NCBI RefSeq assembly: GCF_009914755.1
Contig: NC_060928.1
Source: the human T2T-CHM13v2.0 reference genome, Homo sapiens
Reading direction: 5' to 3' (one strand)
Length of the DNA stretch: 64,000 nucleotides
Shown here one piece after another: positions 26,234-39,670 of the stretch (position 1 is the stretch's first letter; each line of letters opens with the position of its first letter). A model generated the notes under the pieces. It had not been told where the DNA came from. It made no database searches and worked only from the letters and a program-made list of their open reading frames with translations. The position numbers were made by a program, and so were the translations under genes.

Positions 26234-26622
26234 TGTTTTGGACTGAATTATGTCTCACCCTACCACCAATACTTATGTGTTGAAGTCCTAATCCCTAATG
26301 TGACTATATCTGGAGATAGAGCCTTTAAGGAAGTAAGTAAGGTTAAATGAGGGCATAAGGGTAAAGTCCTAATCCAACAGTATCCATAAGATGAGAAAAA
26401 GACAGACACCAGAAATGTGTATGCACACAGAGAAAAGGCCATGTAAGGACAACGAGAAGGTGGCAGCCTGGAAGCAAAGGGGACAGGCCTCATGAGAAGC
26501 CCACCCTGCTGGCACCTTGAGCTTGGATTTCTGGCCTCCAGAACTGTGAGAAAATAAATTTCTGCTGTTTAAGCCACTAGGCCTGTGGTATCTTATATTA
26601 GCAGCCCTGGAAGACTAATACA
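26234..26622 (+). mobile_element. Solo MaLR LTR (MLT1A/MLT1B-like)
   Basis: TG..GGACTGAAT start, GGCCTCCAGAACTGTGAGAAAATAAATTTCTGCTGTTTAAGCCAC, GACTAATACA end. Confidence 0.88.
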
Positions 26623-26656
26623 GTAACTCCAAGAACTTGCGGTTTCTCTGATTAAC

Positions 26657-26850
26657 AGAAAGGAAGAAGAAGGAAGAAGAGGAAAAGGAAAAGGAAGAAG
26701 GAGGAGGAAGAGGGAGAGGAGAAGGAAAAGAGAGAGGAGGAGGAAAAGGAGAACAAGAAGGAGAAGAGGAAGAGGAAGAAGAAGAAGAAAGAAGAAGAAG
26801 AAGACTTGCAGAAGGGAAAAAGAGATGGAGAGGCAGAGGAAGAGGAGAGG
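26657..26850. repeat. Polypurine (GAA/GGA) low-complexity tract
   Basis: ~150 bp almost pure A/G, degenerating to ~26850. Confidence 0.95.
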
Positions 26851-27269
26851 AATGCTCCTTGGTATCTACTTTGGACCACAATATTGTAAATAGTTATTAC
26901 TGCTGAAAAACCTTCCCATGACCCTCCAGTGAGGATGAAGAGTTCACCTCTCTCCGGCGCACACGCTCAGGATTAGTGCCACCTAGTTCCCACCTTCCTC
27001 TGCATGTGCACTAAAACCATTCATATTTGCCACCCAGTAGCTTTCCCAGCCATCGCATTCACTGAAATTAAATCCAAAGCAAAATGATATTTTAAGTAAA
27101 ATTACCTCTACTCTAAAGAGAAGAAGAATAAAAAGGAAGCTTAGCTATCTGTAAAACATCTCACTGTGATAAACAGACAACAAAATACTTATCAAATTCT
27201 TAGGAAAGTTGTCTATCTTATATAGGGCTACAATGAGAGAAAAATTTGTGTCTAATAAATGGATAGCTC

Positions 27270-27433
27270 TATCATGATAAATAACTAATGTATGTGGGGC
27301 TTAATAACTAGGAGATGGATTGATAGGTGCAGCAAACCACCACGGCACACGTTTACCTATGGAAAAAACCTGCTTGTCCTGCACGTGTATCCTGGAACTT
27401 AAAACAAAATTAAATTAAATAAAAAGAGAAAGC
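27270..27433 (+). mobile_element. Severely 5'-truncated L1 (older L1PA) 3' end
   Basis: ATAGGTGCAGCAAACCACCACGGCACACGTTTACCTATG...CCTGGAACTTAAAA; TSD AATGGATAGCTC. Confidence 0.9.
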
Positions 27434-30224
27434 AATGGATAGCTCGAAGAGAAATACAAATATGACAAATTAAAACATGTTTTTACTCTCAGTCAGCTTT
27501 GTGATCATCAGTCCTTCTGTCCCCTACTTCGACGACTAAGATGGTACCTGTTTGTCAAAAATTTAAAGGTAAAAACTAAATGTTTTTCAAGACATTTCTG
27601 TATTATAAGCCACCTGATAAATTTGCATTAGAATTGATTAGTTTGTCTTCTGTTTTCAGAAACTATGGGTGTTATATTAAAAACTACTAGAACATTGTAC
27701 AATAGGGAAGAGAATTATATCAAAATGACACTATTTTCAGTTGGCATTTATAGAAAGACTGCATTCGGATATGAGGGCCATAGTTAGTACCTCACCACCC
27801 CCAGCCTCCAAATGTCCAATTTGCATCCTTACTAGCTAAAGAAAAAGCTCTAGCATTACACTGAACCAACTCCAATGTGACAGAGGAGGACCATTTAAAA
27901 GGAAATAATGTATTCAACAGTAAAATTCTTGCCTGTTGAGGTCACCTCATCATCCTTCCCTATTTTGTTTGAGTTTACTGGCTGGAGACTATTTTAATTC
28001 GTTTTATAGCAGAACAGTTAGACTAGGCTCCATTTATTATAAACATTTGGTTTGCATAGAAGATTTGTTATGTTTTATTAATCCATCACATAGTCTTTCT
28101 AAAAATGTGATGAACGAGGCAGCATAAAATGTCATTCTTTATACACTTTAGGTGGTTTGGCAATTAAGGCGTCGAGCCTCTGTGGCTCTTCTGAATCAAA
28201 GGCTGTTTTCTGATATGGATCCATCTTGCCCACATCATCTATGGAATGACAAAACAGATGATATATCCAAGCATCTGACAGCACTATTTCTATCAGGTTA
28301 TAACCCTATTTGATAAACTCAAATCAGCAGCAAAACTATACCAGATTAATGAAAACCTCTCCAAAAGTGCACCCTGCCACTTCATTTCTGGGGAATTACA
28401 GCTAAGATACATTCTAAAAACATTCACATCAAATGGGGCAGGCTTTTTAGAAGAATATTTTATTTAAAGCGACTGGGGAGGGGGAGAGTGAAACACCTGC
28501 AGGACTGTGTGTTCATCACATCATGTCCAAGAAGCTGCAGCAGGAACAAAATAAAATGAAATGTGTTTTTTGCAGATGAACAAAAGCTTCTTCAATTATA
28601 AAAGAGTAAACTGATAATAGAATCACAGAGACAAAGAAGTAATCCAAACACATGGCTCACTGCTTACCATATATGCAACATAGAAACAAGTTGCACCCTA
28701 TTGCATATAGAAAGAGACAGGGGAAGAAAGTAAAGAAGACAGAAAATAGAAGAAGGAAATATGAGCTGCACGTTTTACTACACTTAGCTCACATTGCATT
28801 CAAAGGATAATTTCATGTATAAAAACCGTTTAACTCAATAATGTAGCAAAATTTCTGGCTTGTATGTAATTATTGAAGAACACTAGCACCATTTTTTTCT
28901 AAGAAGATAACACTGTCATATTCAGATCGGGACCTTTTACCATGCAATAAAAAACCATTAATAAAAATTTATTTTTAACATCAGCAAGCCCAAAATACTT
29001 TGAAATATCAATTTTAAGGGATACTTTCTCCTGTATCTTTTATTATAAATGTTATGCAGACAAAGGCAGTAACCAAAAATCAATTTTTAATATATTTCTT
29101 CCTACCACAGGGCATGAGCAACATTAATGGCTTCTGCATCTACATGGTTACAATTATTAGTTTTGCCTTTCTAACACAGTGCACATAAAGTCTGCTCGGC
29201 TTACAATTTGGGGGATGGAGGTTCTATTCTGAAGGTTTTTCTGGATGTAAGTTAATAAGCAACAATCCAAGATCCTGAGAGTCATGCCATTACTTGCTTC
29301 TCCTATCCAGCATCCTGATATTTACACGATCACTTACACGGAGACAGCAGAGCAACTTAAAACTTAATGATCCCAATTCACAACCCTGCGGGGGGGACAA
29401 GAAGCTGCTGTAAACCTATTGAGGGATGGTGCCATGGGTCCTGGCTGTGCAGGGAGGGAAAATAACCATTTGGATGGTTTTGCTTCGCCTCTATTCAGAT
29501 AGCCTCAGCATGCACCTTTGTGCCTCTTCCCTCCCAGTGTGCAATGTCTTTAGTGCTATTGCTGAGGACAGGTGTAGTGGATATCTCCTCTCTCCTCTGC
29601 TCAACGCACCTGATCTCTCTGGAGAACCATCCCTCTCTCTATGAACAGCCTTATTGGGGCTGCTAATCAGGGTAGATGGCTCTCTCCTAGCCAGGGGGTA
29701 ATTAGGGGAATTAGCCCACTGAAAAGACTGTTTAATATTTCCTTCCGGTTGGCTCCTCAGAAGACCCTGGCCCTTCAGACTTTGCTGAAGCTTGGTTCTT
29801 CATGTTTTCCTCTGATTCAGTAGCTATCCCGTAGCCTTTCTTTTCTGTTTTGATTAATTTAGACAGCATCAACTCCTGTGGCTAGAATCCAAACTCCCAG
29901 CCAGCAAAAAAAAAAAAAAAAAAAAAAAATGGAGGATACATGGCTTGGTCTTTATTTTCTTCCAAACTTGTATTTAGTGATGTCATCTATCTGCTCAAAC
30001 ATCTTCAGTAGCTCCCTTTCTTTATCATTTTAAAAATCATTATTCCTCTGTGAGGCACTCAAGGGTCCTGTCATCTGGTCCCACCCTGTCTACCCAAACT
30101 TAATTCCTGCTTTCCCCTAGAAGGAGCTCACTAAGTAAATTCACTTTTCTTGCTTAACACTATTCTGAGGATATACATGTTCTTTTGGTCACTCTACTTA
30201 ACAAATCTCCTAATCTTTGCAAGC

Positions 30225-30680
30225 CATGATTCTTAGTTGGAAACAAAAGTACCCATTTGTGCAAGTTTAGACAGAAAAAAATACAATCGAAGGGATATAA
30301 AGAACTTCCCAGAAACTCCAGGAAGAGTAGAGCATCAAGCTGGAAGCTAAGCAACCAGGAGCAATGCCCAAATGTCATTTCAGGGCAGCTCAGCGGGGAC
30401 CCAAGGCATTTGGAGCCGGCCACAGACTCTCCACCACATAGGATGGAGGCTTCCACTAGATATTCTACCCCTACCACCTCTGATAGCAGGTTCTGAAGTG
30501 GAGCCTATATTTTCAGGTAGCTGGCCTCCAAACTGAAGTCCCACATGGGTGCAGAACTTAGATCACATGTCTTCACCTTAGAATCAAAGGAGTCTGGGAA
30601 ACAAGTTTCTGTCTCCTGCCTTCAGGGAGGTATGAATGCATAAGGTCCTGGGTGACCGTGAACTTGACAAACGTCCACTA
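30225..30680 (-). mobile_element. Ancient MLT1-type MaLR LTR fragment
   Basis: TTCTTAGTTGGAAACAA...TAGATCACATG...AAAGGAGTCTGGGAAA resembles antisense old MLT1 subfamilies. Confidence 0.4.
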
Positions 30681-30819
30681 TGCTAGCCTTATGGCCCCAC
30701 CTCCTCCATAAGACCTTCTTCAAGTTTTCTAATATGTAATTTCTCCCTTGTCTCTGAACTCCTTGTAACTCATTATCTACATCTCAAATGTTCTGCTTGA
30801 TTTAACACATTTAAACCAC

Positions 30820-31030
30820 ATTATAATTTGCAAAGCACTTCTACACATATCTCTTTTGATCTTCCCAATATCCTTGCAGTTGAGTATTTCTCCTAGTCCC
30901 CATTTATAGAGAAGGCAATGGACTTTTAGTAAAAGTGAGTGACTTACCCAGCTTCCTACTGAATATATACTATATACATTATCTTCAGTCAATACACCAT
31001 GAGAGCAGAAATCTCAAATTGCTGACCTCA
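30820..31030 (-). mobile_element. MIR SINE
   Basis: TTTGCAAAGCACTTCTACACATAT...CCCCATTTATAGA..GTGACTTACCCA. Confidence 0.65.
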
Positions 31031-31886
31031 TAACCAGAAGAACATAACACATGCAAAAGAAAAAGTTCTTTACTTTTCAACTTAGATAACAAAGTTAAAC
31101 AGCATAGACAACCATAGGACATCACCTTTCCAAGGAAATGTTCCAAGGATACAATTGCCATAGAGATCCTCCCTATAAGTCTCCTTGTATAGTCACTCAA
31201 GCCAATTGGGCAGCTTGAGGGAAATTAGGTGTGGGCTGGAAAAGGAGCATTCCTGGAAAATGAGATCAGCATCACTGACCAAAGAGAAGGGGCCAGGAGG
31301 AGGAAAGGAGTTTCACAGTACAGAAAGGGAGAGCCCAGGTCCAAACCCTTCAACGAGGAGTCCACAACCAGAGACCAGAACCCCCTAATACAGCAGAAAT
31401 GCTGTAATACTTTTAAACTTTGTAATTTCCCCATGTGTGTACTATTTTTTAAATTACTATTATTCTCTGTGTTCATTTTGCTGTTTTGTTTTGCTTTGCT
31501 TTGATCAGTTTGATCACAAAGCGATCTTTAGTAGATTCCCTCACGCTTTTTTTTGAGGTCACAAGGAATAGGGAAGCTAAGGAGATGCTGGGCTTAGTGA
31601 AAAGAGAAAGCTCAGGAATTACATAAGAGTAACTGAATCGAAGAAAAGAAAAGCAGAAAAGGTTGGGTCCTGAGGCCAGAAGGAAAATGTAAGGCCAACA
31701 TAAAGAGCCAGAATTAAGCAGAAAAAGAGCAAGAAGTTTTGACTCACACACATCAAGAAAATGACACCTTTTCATCTCGTTTCTCCCTGAGTGCTGAAAA
31801 ATATATCCACTCCTACCCATAAGCAAAAGATACTTCTGAGAGAGAATCTCCTCAGAATATGTCTTCTTCTTCCAAAATGGGCTTTT

Positions 31887-32357
31887 ATATTAGTCAAGAG
31901 ACAGGTTTAGATACTATAGCAAAGATCTTCAAAATAATAGTAGTTTAAACAAAAGAAAAGTTTGTTTCACATAACAGTTCAAATAACAATCAGTCCTAGG
32001 CTGAAATGCTGTCCATTCCAGGTACTCAGCCATCCTTAATCCACTGGTTCTAACTCATGGTCTAGAGAGCTGCTCCAGAGCCTGCCATCATGGTGGCATT
32101 CCAGCCAGTGGAGCGAAAAATAAGACAACGTCATGGCCATGTTCCTTTCTCCAATGAGCTGTGCCTGGAAGTTGAAAATGTCATGCACACCCACATCCCA
32201 TTGACTAGAACCATCACATGGCCACACTCCACTACAAGAAAGGCAAGGAAATGTGGTCTATAGTGGGCAGTGTGAGCTCAGCTAAAATTCAGAGATGCTA
32301 TACTAAAAAAAGAAGAAATGATAAATATTGAAGGACAACCAGCAGTGTTTCTCAACA
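31887..32357 (-). mobile_element. MLT1J-like MaLR LTR
   Basis: CATTCCAGCCAG, CACATCCCATTGACTAGAAC..TCACATGGCCACA, GGAAATGTGGTCT. Confidence 0.7.
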
Positions 32358-32369
32358 GCCTACAAATAA

Positions 32370-32590
32370 AAAAGACCTGAGTTTAAATCCTGGCTCTGTC
32401 ACTGATCAGCTGCTTCACCTGAAATAAGCTATTTATTCTGGTTAAGTTTTTGTTTTCTCATCTATAAAGTTGGGATTAAAACACTCACATGGAGAGAGTT
32501 GTAAAGATTCAGTAAGATAACGTCTGTAAAGCAGTTGACCCACAGAAAGGCAGTTGATACGTAACAGTACTTAATATTTTATTATTATTA
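32370..32590 (+). mobile_element. MIR SINE
   Basis: AGACCTGAGTTTAAATCCTGGCTCTGTCACT...TTTTCTCATCTATAAA. Confidence 0.75.
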
Positions 32591-32597
32591 TCTTTAA

Positions 32598-32825
32598 CGA
32601 AGTTTGGCAAACTACAGCCCATGGGCCGAATTTGGCTCACCACCTGGTTTTATAAATAAAGTTTTATTGGGACACAGCCAATCCCCCTTTTTTACACACT
32701 GTCTATGGCTCCTTTCACACTACAATGGCAGCGCTGGATCATTGCAACAGAAGCAATGTGGCCTGCAAAATTTAAAATATATACTGTCTGCTTCTTTACA
32801 GAAAAAAAGTTTAACTGACCTTTGA
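32598..32825 (-). mobile_element. MER58A
   Basis: TTGGCAAACTACAGCCCATGGGCC...AAATAAAGTTTTATTGGGACACAGCCA...TTTACAGAAAAAAAGTTT. Confidence 0.85.
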
Positions 32826-33859
32826 CCTATAAAATCAAACAAACCTTTCTGTAGGTCACATATGTTCTTTTTTCTCAGTGGCAAAATGTAGTCATTGTAC
32901 CTACTTCAGATTATTATTGTAAAAATAAAGGAAATAAATTATATAAAGCATCTGGCATCACAGAAATAAATATTCTATAACTTTTTATCCTGTTTTATTT
33001 CCCTTAGTGTATGGTCAGCATTGCTTCTATGAGAACACTACTGAATGCATGAAGGACATCGTGAGACAAAAGCAAGTATCTTATTATAACGTGCTTACAT
33101 ATTAAAATCAGATGCAGTGCCTTTAAAACAGGTAACGACCACACAGGGCAGCAACAACTCATGCTGGATATGCTAGGAATTGCTGTGTGCACCTTCAGTG
33201 ATTACCTGAAGTCCAAGTAAGAAAAACAGCATCCACTTTCATACAAGGAATAAGTTCTTTATATACATATGGCCAAAATATGTAAAGTTTGAAATGTGAA
33301 GATGCAAAATCTAAGCCAAGAATTTCTAGAAATACAGGATATAGAGAAAATGGAACAATGCCTTATGCATAGAAATATTAATTAAATGAAGAGAAGAAAT
33401 GGAGGGAGGAAGAGAGGTAGGTAGGAGACAGAGGAAGGGAGGGAGGAAGGGATCCTTCAATGGCTTTCCAGTGTTTTTACAAGAAGGAAGAAAATTCTTC
33501 CTGGCCCATCCTGTCTCCCTCTTTAGCTAACCCCACACCACCAGCACCTCTCATTTTCTTCTTGCCAACCATACCATGCTTCTTGAAGTTTCTTAAAATT
33601 GCCCCATCTCTCCTTCCTTTATTGTCCTCCATGCACCCTGTTCTACATGGCTAACACAGTATTCTCCTACCATTTTCAATTGTACATTTTCTTTAGTAAT
33701 AACATCTTATCACCCATTCTTTTATGTATTTAGTCATTTATAAATTATATATACAATTTATGTATGTGTATTTTTCTTCAAAAATGCCAAAAATAAACAT
33801 TTTAAAGTTAGATTACAAAGTTATTATGAGCTCCGTTATTAATAGTTTCTCATATCTTC

Positions 33860-34230
33860 TGGACATCCACACCTGAATTTTTCTCCCCAGGCTCTATGAC
33901 CAACTTATTTTCCTCCAGGTTTCATCTGGAAGGTCACTTCCTCAGGGAATCCTTCCTATACCAGGGGATTCCTGCTCTTCTATGCTCTCATAGATCTTTT
34001 TACTTCTCCTTCATGGTGCTTCTCACAGTCTAAACTCTATGCTTGTTTGAAATTATTCAATTAATGTCACTCCCTCTCTCTTTCTCCCAACCCCATCTCA
34101 TCAGTAATTCTAACATCTACTCAAATGTCTATTCCAACTTCCAGTGGGGATAAAGATTGTGTCCGATTTACCTACCAAGGTTTCCGTATCATGTGTGCTT
34201 TGGCATATTGTAGATCTCACTAAAAGAGTA
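33860..34230 (+). mobile_element. L2 3' fragment
   Basis: GTCACTTCCTCAGGGAATCCTTCCT...TGGCATATTGTAGATCTCA. Confidence 0.55.
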
Positions 34231-34359
34231 ATTAAACTAATAAAAAACTAGTCTATAAAAGAAATGGATGCTTTAAAAAAAGTCTTAGGGAATAAATTTT
34301 TAAAAATTGTCATATTAAGAAGGTAGCTGATAAGGTAAAGCCAGGTGTATAATCATGTA

Positions 34360-34580
34360 TCACTTTCCACAGGCATCTTCATTTTTCAAAAAAGGCTTTT
34401 CTATATGTAATTGCATCAGATTCTCTCAACATCTTCAAGTAGATGAGATTAGGGATTTTTATCCCCATTTTACAGATGAGGGAACTGAAATGCAGAGAGT
34501 AGGAATGATTTTCCTAAAGCCATACAGTAAGTTGGTAGCAGAACAAGAACCGAAATCCACATCTCCCAACTCCCAGCCTA
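34360..34580 (-). mobile_element. MIR SINE
   Basis: ATCCCCATTTTACAGATGAGGGAACTGA. Confidence 0.8.
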
Positions 34581-34719
34581 CACTGGCCAGTGGTCAGACA
34601 GGATGTAGAGAGCAATTTCCCCAGGCATTGGGAAGTTCTTGATGCCTTGGGGAAGATGTGAATTAGAGTTGTCGGACGAACCCACTATACGCGATGCCAT
34701 CTAAGGCTGACAAACATTT

Positions 34720-35000
34720 CAGAGTGGCCAGAAGACAGAAATGGAAATAATTAAAGCTCTGGGAATTAAAAGCAAGAAAGATTACAGAACGTTCGTGAAA
34801 GTTTGGTGGACAAAAGCTGAGAGATGAGTTACTAACAGTCTTCAAGTCCATCAATGTTTATTACATGGCGGTTGGGTAGCCAGCTGTTCTTCAGTTCTGA
34901 AGACTACCAAACAAATGGGAAATTGTAAATTCTACAAGGACACACACTCCATTCATGACACAGACGACTGGGTGAGCAAAGCAGTTGTCAGACTGCAGAA
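34720..35000 (+). mobile_element. Possible L3/CR1 LINE remnant
   Basis: GCTGAGAGATGAG..AACAGTCTTCAAGT..CAGCTGTTCT..AAATGGG resembles the recalled CR1/L3 3' region. Confidence 0.35.
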
Positions 35001-37506
35001 TTCACTTCTGGTATCTCAGTCCCTGATGAGAAAGAGTGAGAAGGGCTCATCTAACAGGGCGTGTATTCTGATGGAAAGTCTGTGGAAGAGGCTGGCTCCT
35101 GCGGACCAGCACTGTCCAATGTACAGAGGTGGCTTTGATGCATAAGGAAGTTTCCAGGCCAGGATAATTAGATATATCTCTGCAATTTTTTTTTTTTTTT
35201 TGCTGACCACACTTGAACTGTGGGCATTGATTCTCAGCTTCTTTTTAGAAGAAAATATTTTAGCTAAACAGACATGTAGTAAGCAGAGATAAAGGCACAT
35301 CCATAAGCATTGTGATTTTGACCAATTACTATCTAAACGGGAGGGAGCTGTTTTCAAATTTGACAATGGAGCAAAACAAAACAAAAACAAACTATAAAAT
35401 CACACACAAATCACAATGAGAAAAGAGAACATTGAGATGTTTCTATTTGATCGTCAAACTAACAAACAAGTAATTTACATATCTTTATAATGGTTCTAAT
35501 TGGGGCTATTTCTCATGAGAGTCAGTTATGCCAAAAGCACATCATACATCATACCCTACCCAATTTTTTAATGAGAAAATTATGGTACACAATGGTAAAT
35601 TAACTTGAAATATGCTGGTTAAAAAATCAGAAAACCTGTCCCTCCAGCCTTAGTTCTGAGACATAACCCCAAGTCTGACCTTGGACAATGACCCTTCATC
35701 TCTTTAGACCTCAGTTTCTTATCTGTAAGATAAGAAGACTTGATTTGAAACTCCCCGAGCCCTTTGTCAGTTCTAAAACAACCCAACTCTCTGATTGTGC
35801 ACTCCTGAAGAGTTAGGAAAGGTAAGTTATGTATTAAAGACTCCCTCAGTGCCAACGTGAAAATTAGAAAATTTCTAGTAAACACTTGGAAGGTAAAGTG
35901 TTCACTGGGATACATCACAGTATTAATTGAAATGCCTTAAGGCAGATTAAAAAAAAAGTCTCTGAAATATTTACATATACTTAATAAAGATTAGCTAGGG
36001 GAAAATAGAAAGATTTCACCGTACTTTGGTTCGTGGCATTCTTCATCAATTAAACTTAAATGTTTAACATTTTGACTCAGGTTCTCAAATTAAAATGATT
36101 TGTATATGACTCCAGGTAACATTCAGTTAAAAGTAAGAGTTAATAAGTCTCTAATTGCAAGGATAACGGTGTAGTATTTAGCCAGCTTACGCAGTCAGCA
36201 CTCTGAGACTTCTCAACAAGCTCAGAGCACTAGACTTTTTCCTGCAAGAGGTAGAAGCAAACTCTTACAGAAAAGGCTTACAGAAACCTAGACTACATTA
36301 GGCATTTTATATACATGATCTCATTTCATTCTTTCAGTCTTACGATAACAGTTGGTAGCAGCCTCTAAATTTTAGTAGTAGATAATGAAATTGAGGCTGA
36401 GAAAAGTCAAATTTGCCCTAGGTCACACAGTTCACTATCCAGCAAAAACAAAATTCTAACTCAGGCATGTGGATTCTCTCTAATATACTGTCTTGCCTCT
36501 CTGGAGTATATTATTCAACAATGAGGCATTATTGAGCCTCCACGTTAAATAAATGACTTGTTCAAAGAGAGAATTACAAACAAATCCACAAAATGCATAT
36601 CAGACATCAGCAGGAATATCATTTCTCTTTTGTATCTTCAAATTCTCCTATATAACCTGGCAATTACACTTCGTTTATTTCATTATTAATACTACTGCCA
36701 AGAGAATGAACACAGAACTTGTTGTAAAAGTAAATCCCCAGGTATCTAGGCTTACTTTCCATTATAAAGTCCCATAACACCTCTTAGGGAATACGTTGTA
36801 GATATTTGATGGATGCAAAATGGAAATTTCCTTATAGTAGTCCATGTGGCAGAAATACCAAGTCAAAGGCACAGAATTGCAAAATCGCTTGATGAAAACA
36901 ATATTAAGAATATTGAGTTTGTCCACCTCACTTGCTTTCTGGAAGCCCTGCATTTCAGACATAGATGACACAGAGGAATCCCTCTGCACCTGAAGAACAG
37001 CAAAAGGTGATTTCTTTGTAGCAGGATTTCTTTTACTACAGATCCAAACCTTTGCATGCATATTGTAAATCACATTAACACTCATTCCCCACCATTGTGC
37101 CCTCTAAAATATATTCCAGCCCTCAAGAATTACTTTTGATTCTCTAAGCCCATCATGCTTTCCTTGCCTCTGAGTTTTAACAGATGCTGTTCACTCAGCT
37201 CAGACAGCCCTATTCTCTCCCAGCATCCACCTAATTTCTGTCTCTATTGCCTTAGGGGTCTGTGTCACTGCTTCCTGGAAGCCTTTCCTAACTCCCACCC
37301 TACCCACCATGTCCATAAGCAGTGTCTCTCCTGTATGTTTCCAGAGCATCTCATCATCCCTGTATTCTAGCACATACACTTCTAAGTTATGTTACCTCCG
37401 ACCTGTCTCATTTCTCCACTCAATTAGAAGCCGACGTTTATTCACCATGGTATCCATAGCTCCCAACTCAAGGTTAGCACCTGATAGGTTATCTACAGAT
37501 GCCTTT

Positions 37507-38176
37507 ATTATTATTATTATACTTTAAGTTCTGGGGTACATATGTAGAATGTGCAGGTTTGTTACATAGGTATGCACCTGCCACGGTGGTTTGCTGCACC
37601 CATCAACCCGTCACCTACATTAGGTATTTCTCCTAATGCTATCTCTCACCTAGCCCACCCACCCCCCAACAGGCCCCAGTGTATGATGTTCCCTTCCCTG
37701 TGTCCATGTGTTCTCATTGTTCAACTCCCACTTATGAGTGAGAACATGTGGTGTTTTTCTGTTCTTGTGTTAGTTTGCTGAGAATGATGGTTTCCAGCTT
37801 CATCCTTGTCCCTGCAAAGGACATGAACTCATCCTTTTTTATGGCTGCATAGTGTTCCATGGTGTATATGTGCTACATTTTCTTTATCCAGTCTATCACT
37901 GATGGACATTTGGGTTGGTTCCAGGCCTTTGCTATTGTGAATAGTGCTGCAATGAACATATGTGTGCATCTGTCTTTGTAGTAGAATGATTTATAATCCT
38001 TTGGGTATATGCCCAGTAATAGGATTGCTGAGTCAAATGGTATTTCTAGTTCTAGATCCTTGAGGAATCACCACACTGTCTTCCACAGTGGTTGAACTAA
38101 TTACACTCCCATCAACAGTGTAAAAGTGTTCCTATTTCTCCACATTCCCCCAGCATGTTCTTTCCTGACTTTTTAA
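37507..38176 (-). mobile_element. 5'-truncated L1PA (PA7/8-like), ~670 bp, inserted in the 3' end of an L2 (~37100-37500)
   Basis: ATTATACTTTAAGTTCTGGGGTACA...CCCACTTATGAGTGAGAACATG...GAGGAATCACCACACTGTCTTCCAC; TSD TACAGATGC(C/T)TTT. Confidence 0.95.
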
Positions 38177-38503
38177 TACAGATGCTTTTTAATTGAATGA
38201 GACTGAAGAACTCTGGTGTGCAACATTGTTGGAAAGACCCAGATGCAAATACCATCCTCAAACAAACCTTTGAAAAATACACTTGTTAAAATTTCAGTGT
38301 ACTGAAGACTAATTAAATTATATAGGGTATGTTCATGTGAAATTTATATACAGAGAGAGATAGATATGTATATTTATGTAGAACAGGCATTAAATACAAC
38401 ACATAAAAAGTTTTAACCATAAAAATAATTTGCATCGTAAGTTTATGTGTTTATATTTGTGTGCATATATATATATACACACACACATAAATCTATGCAC
38501 ACT

Positions 38504-38756
38504 TAGAGGTCAAGGAAATAGTATACTATTATACATATATTTTAAATAGCATTATATATTACTATGTATTTTTTATATAATATTTATACATATAATAGTA
38601 TAATACAGATTTATATAAATAGATATTATTATATAATATATACTATATTATATATAATATATAAAATATATACTATATGTAATATATACTATACATATAG
38701 TATACATACACTATTATATATATACATATAATAGTATACTACATCCTTGACCTCTA
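38504..38756. repeat. AT-rich low-complexity tract bounded by ~37-bp inverted repeats
   Basis: TAGAGGTCAAGGA..TAGTATACTATTATA vs the reverse complement of TATAATAGTATACTACATCCTTGACCTCTA. Confidence 0.9.
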
Positions 38757-39670
38757 GGGAACAAATCTTACATTTGGACATTTCCAGATGCAGACATGGC
38801 TATGCACAAAAGCAAGGCTGGAAAGGTTGCCTGCAAGTATATATTTATCAAAGTGTTTCTAATGTCCCATCATTACAAGATCTAATACCTTCTAAACTTT
38901 CAGATGACTGGCTTTAGAATTTGGGGTGAAGTTTTCTTTTAATAATGCACATTTCAATCCTCGGTTAACAAGAGGTCACGTCAATAATTAATGGTTTCTG
39001 TAGCAGTTGAACACTGCATCATTTTCTTGACAGATTTTTTTTAAATGTATGCTTTGTCTTCATAACTAAGTGCAAGTGGGTAAGGGAATAGGGAAGTGTG
39101 GCATGATGCATTTGAGCTTTACATTTTTAACCTGTGCTCTAAGTATTATCATATCTTATCCCCTTTGACAGGCACAGCAATCCTGCAGGAAAATTGGGGA
39201 GAGAGGAAGAGGGGCAGGTAACAAAAGTGGAAAACACTATTATATATATTTTATAAAATTAGAGAAACCAAAGTGTAGAAGAATGGCATAGCTTTGCTAA
39301 GAACACAAGCTCCATTAGAACAGGAACATTGCTTTTACTTTTCATCACTTTACCACTGGCATGGTTGTTGCTCAATACATATTTACTGTATTAAATAATG
39401 AATGAGTGAATAAATGAATGAGCAAATGAATACTAAAGTTTTCTGTAGAAAGAATTGCTCAACTAATTTTCTGACTCCCCATATCATGAACTTATTAATG
39501 TATGAAATATTTTGTTCTCAGGCTATTCTTTGACAAGATTTAAAATGATTTAAAAGAAAATAATTACATATATGCAAAACAAATAACTGATAATTTTATC
39601 CCCACCCCAAAAGGCAAAACTGTTGAAATTTTTTTTAATTAGCTTCTTTAAATAATTTGTACCTACCATG

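Noticed and set aside
26615-26881. Ser/Pro/Phe-rich ORFs
   Set aside because: Translation of the GAA/GGA low-complexity tract
37551-37781. 76-aa ORF
   Set aside because: Antisense of the L1 3' UTR; the element is truncated and non-functional
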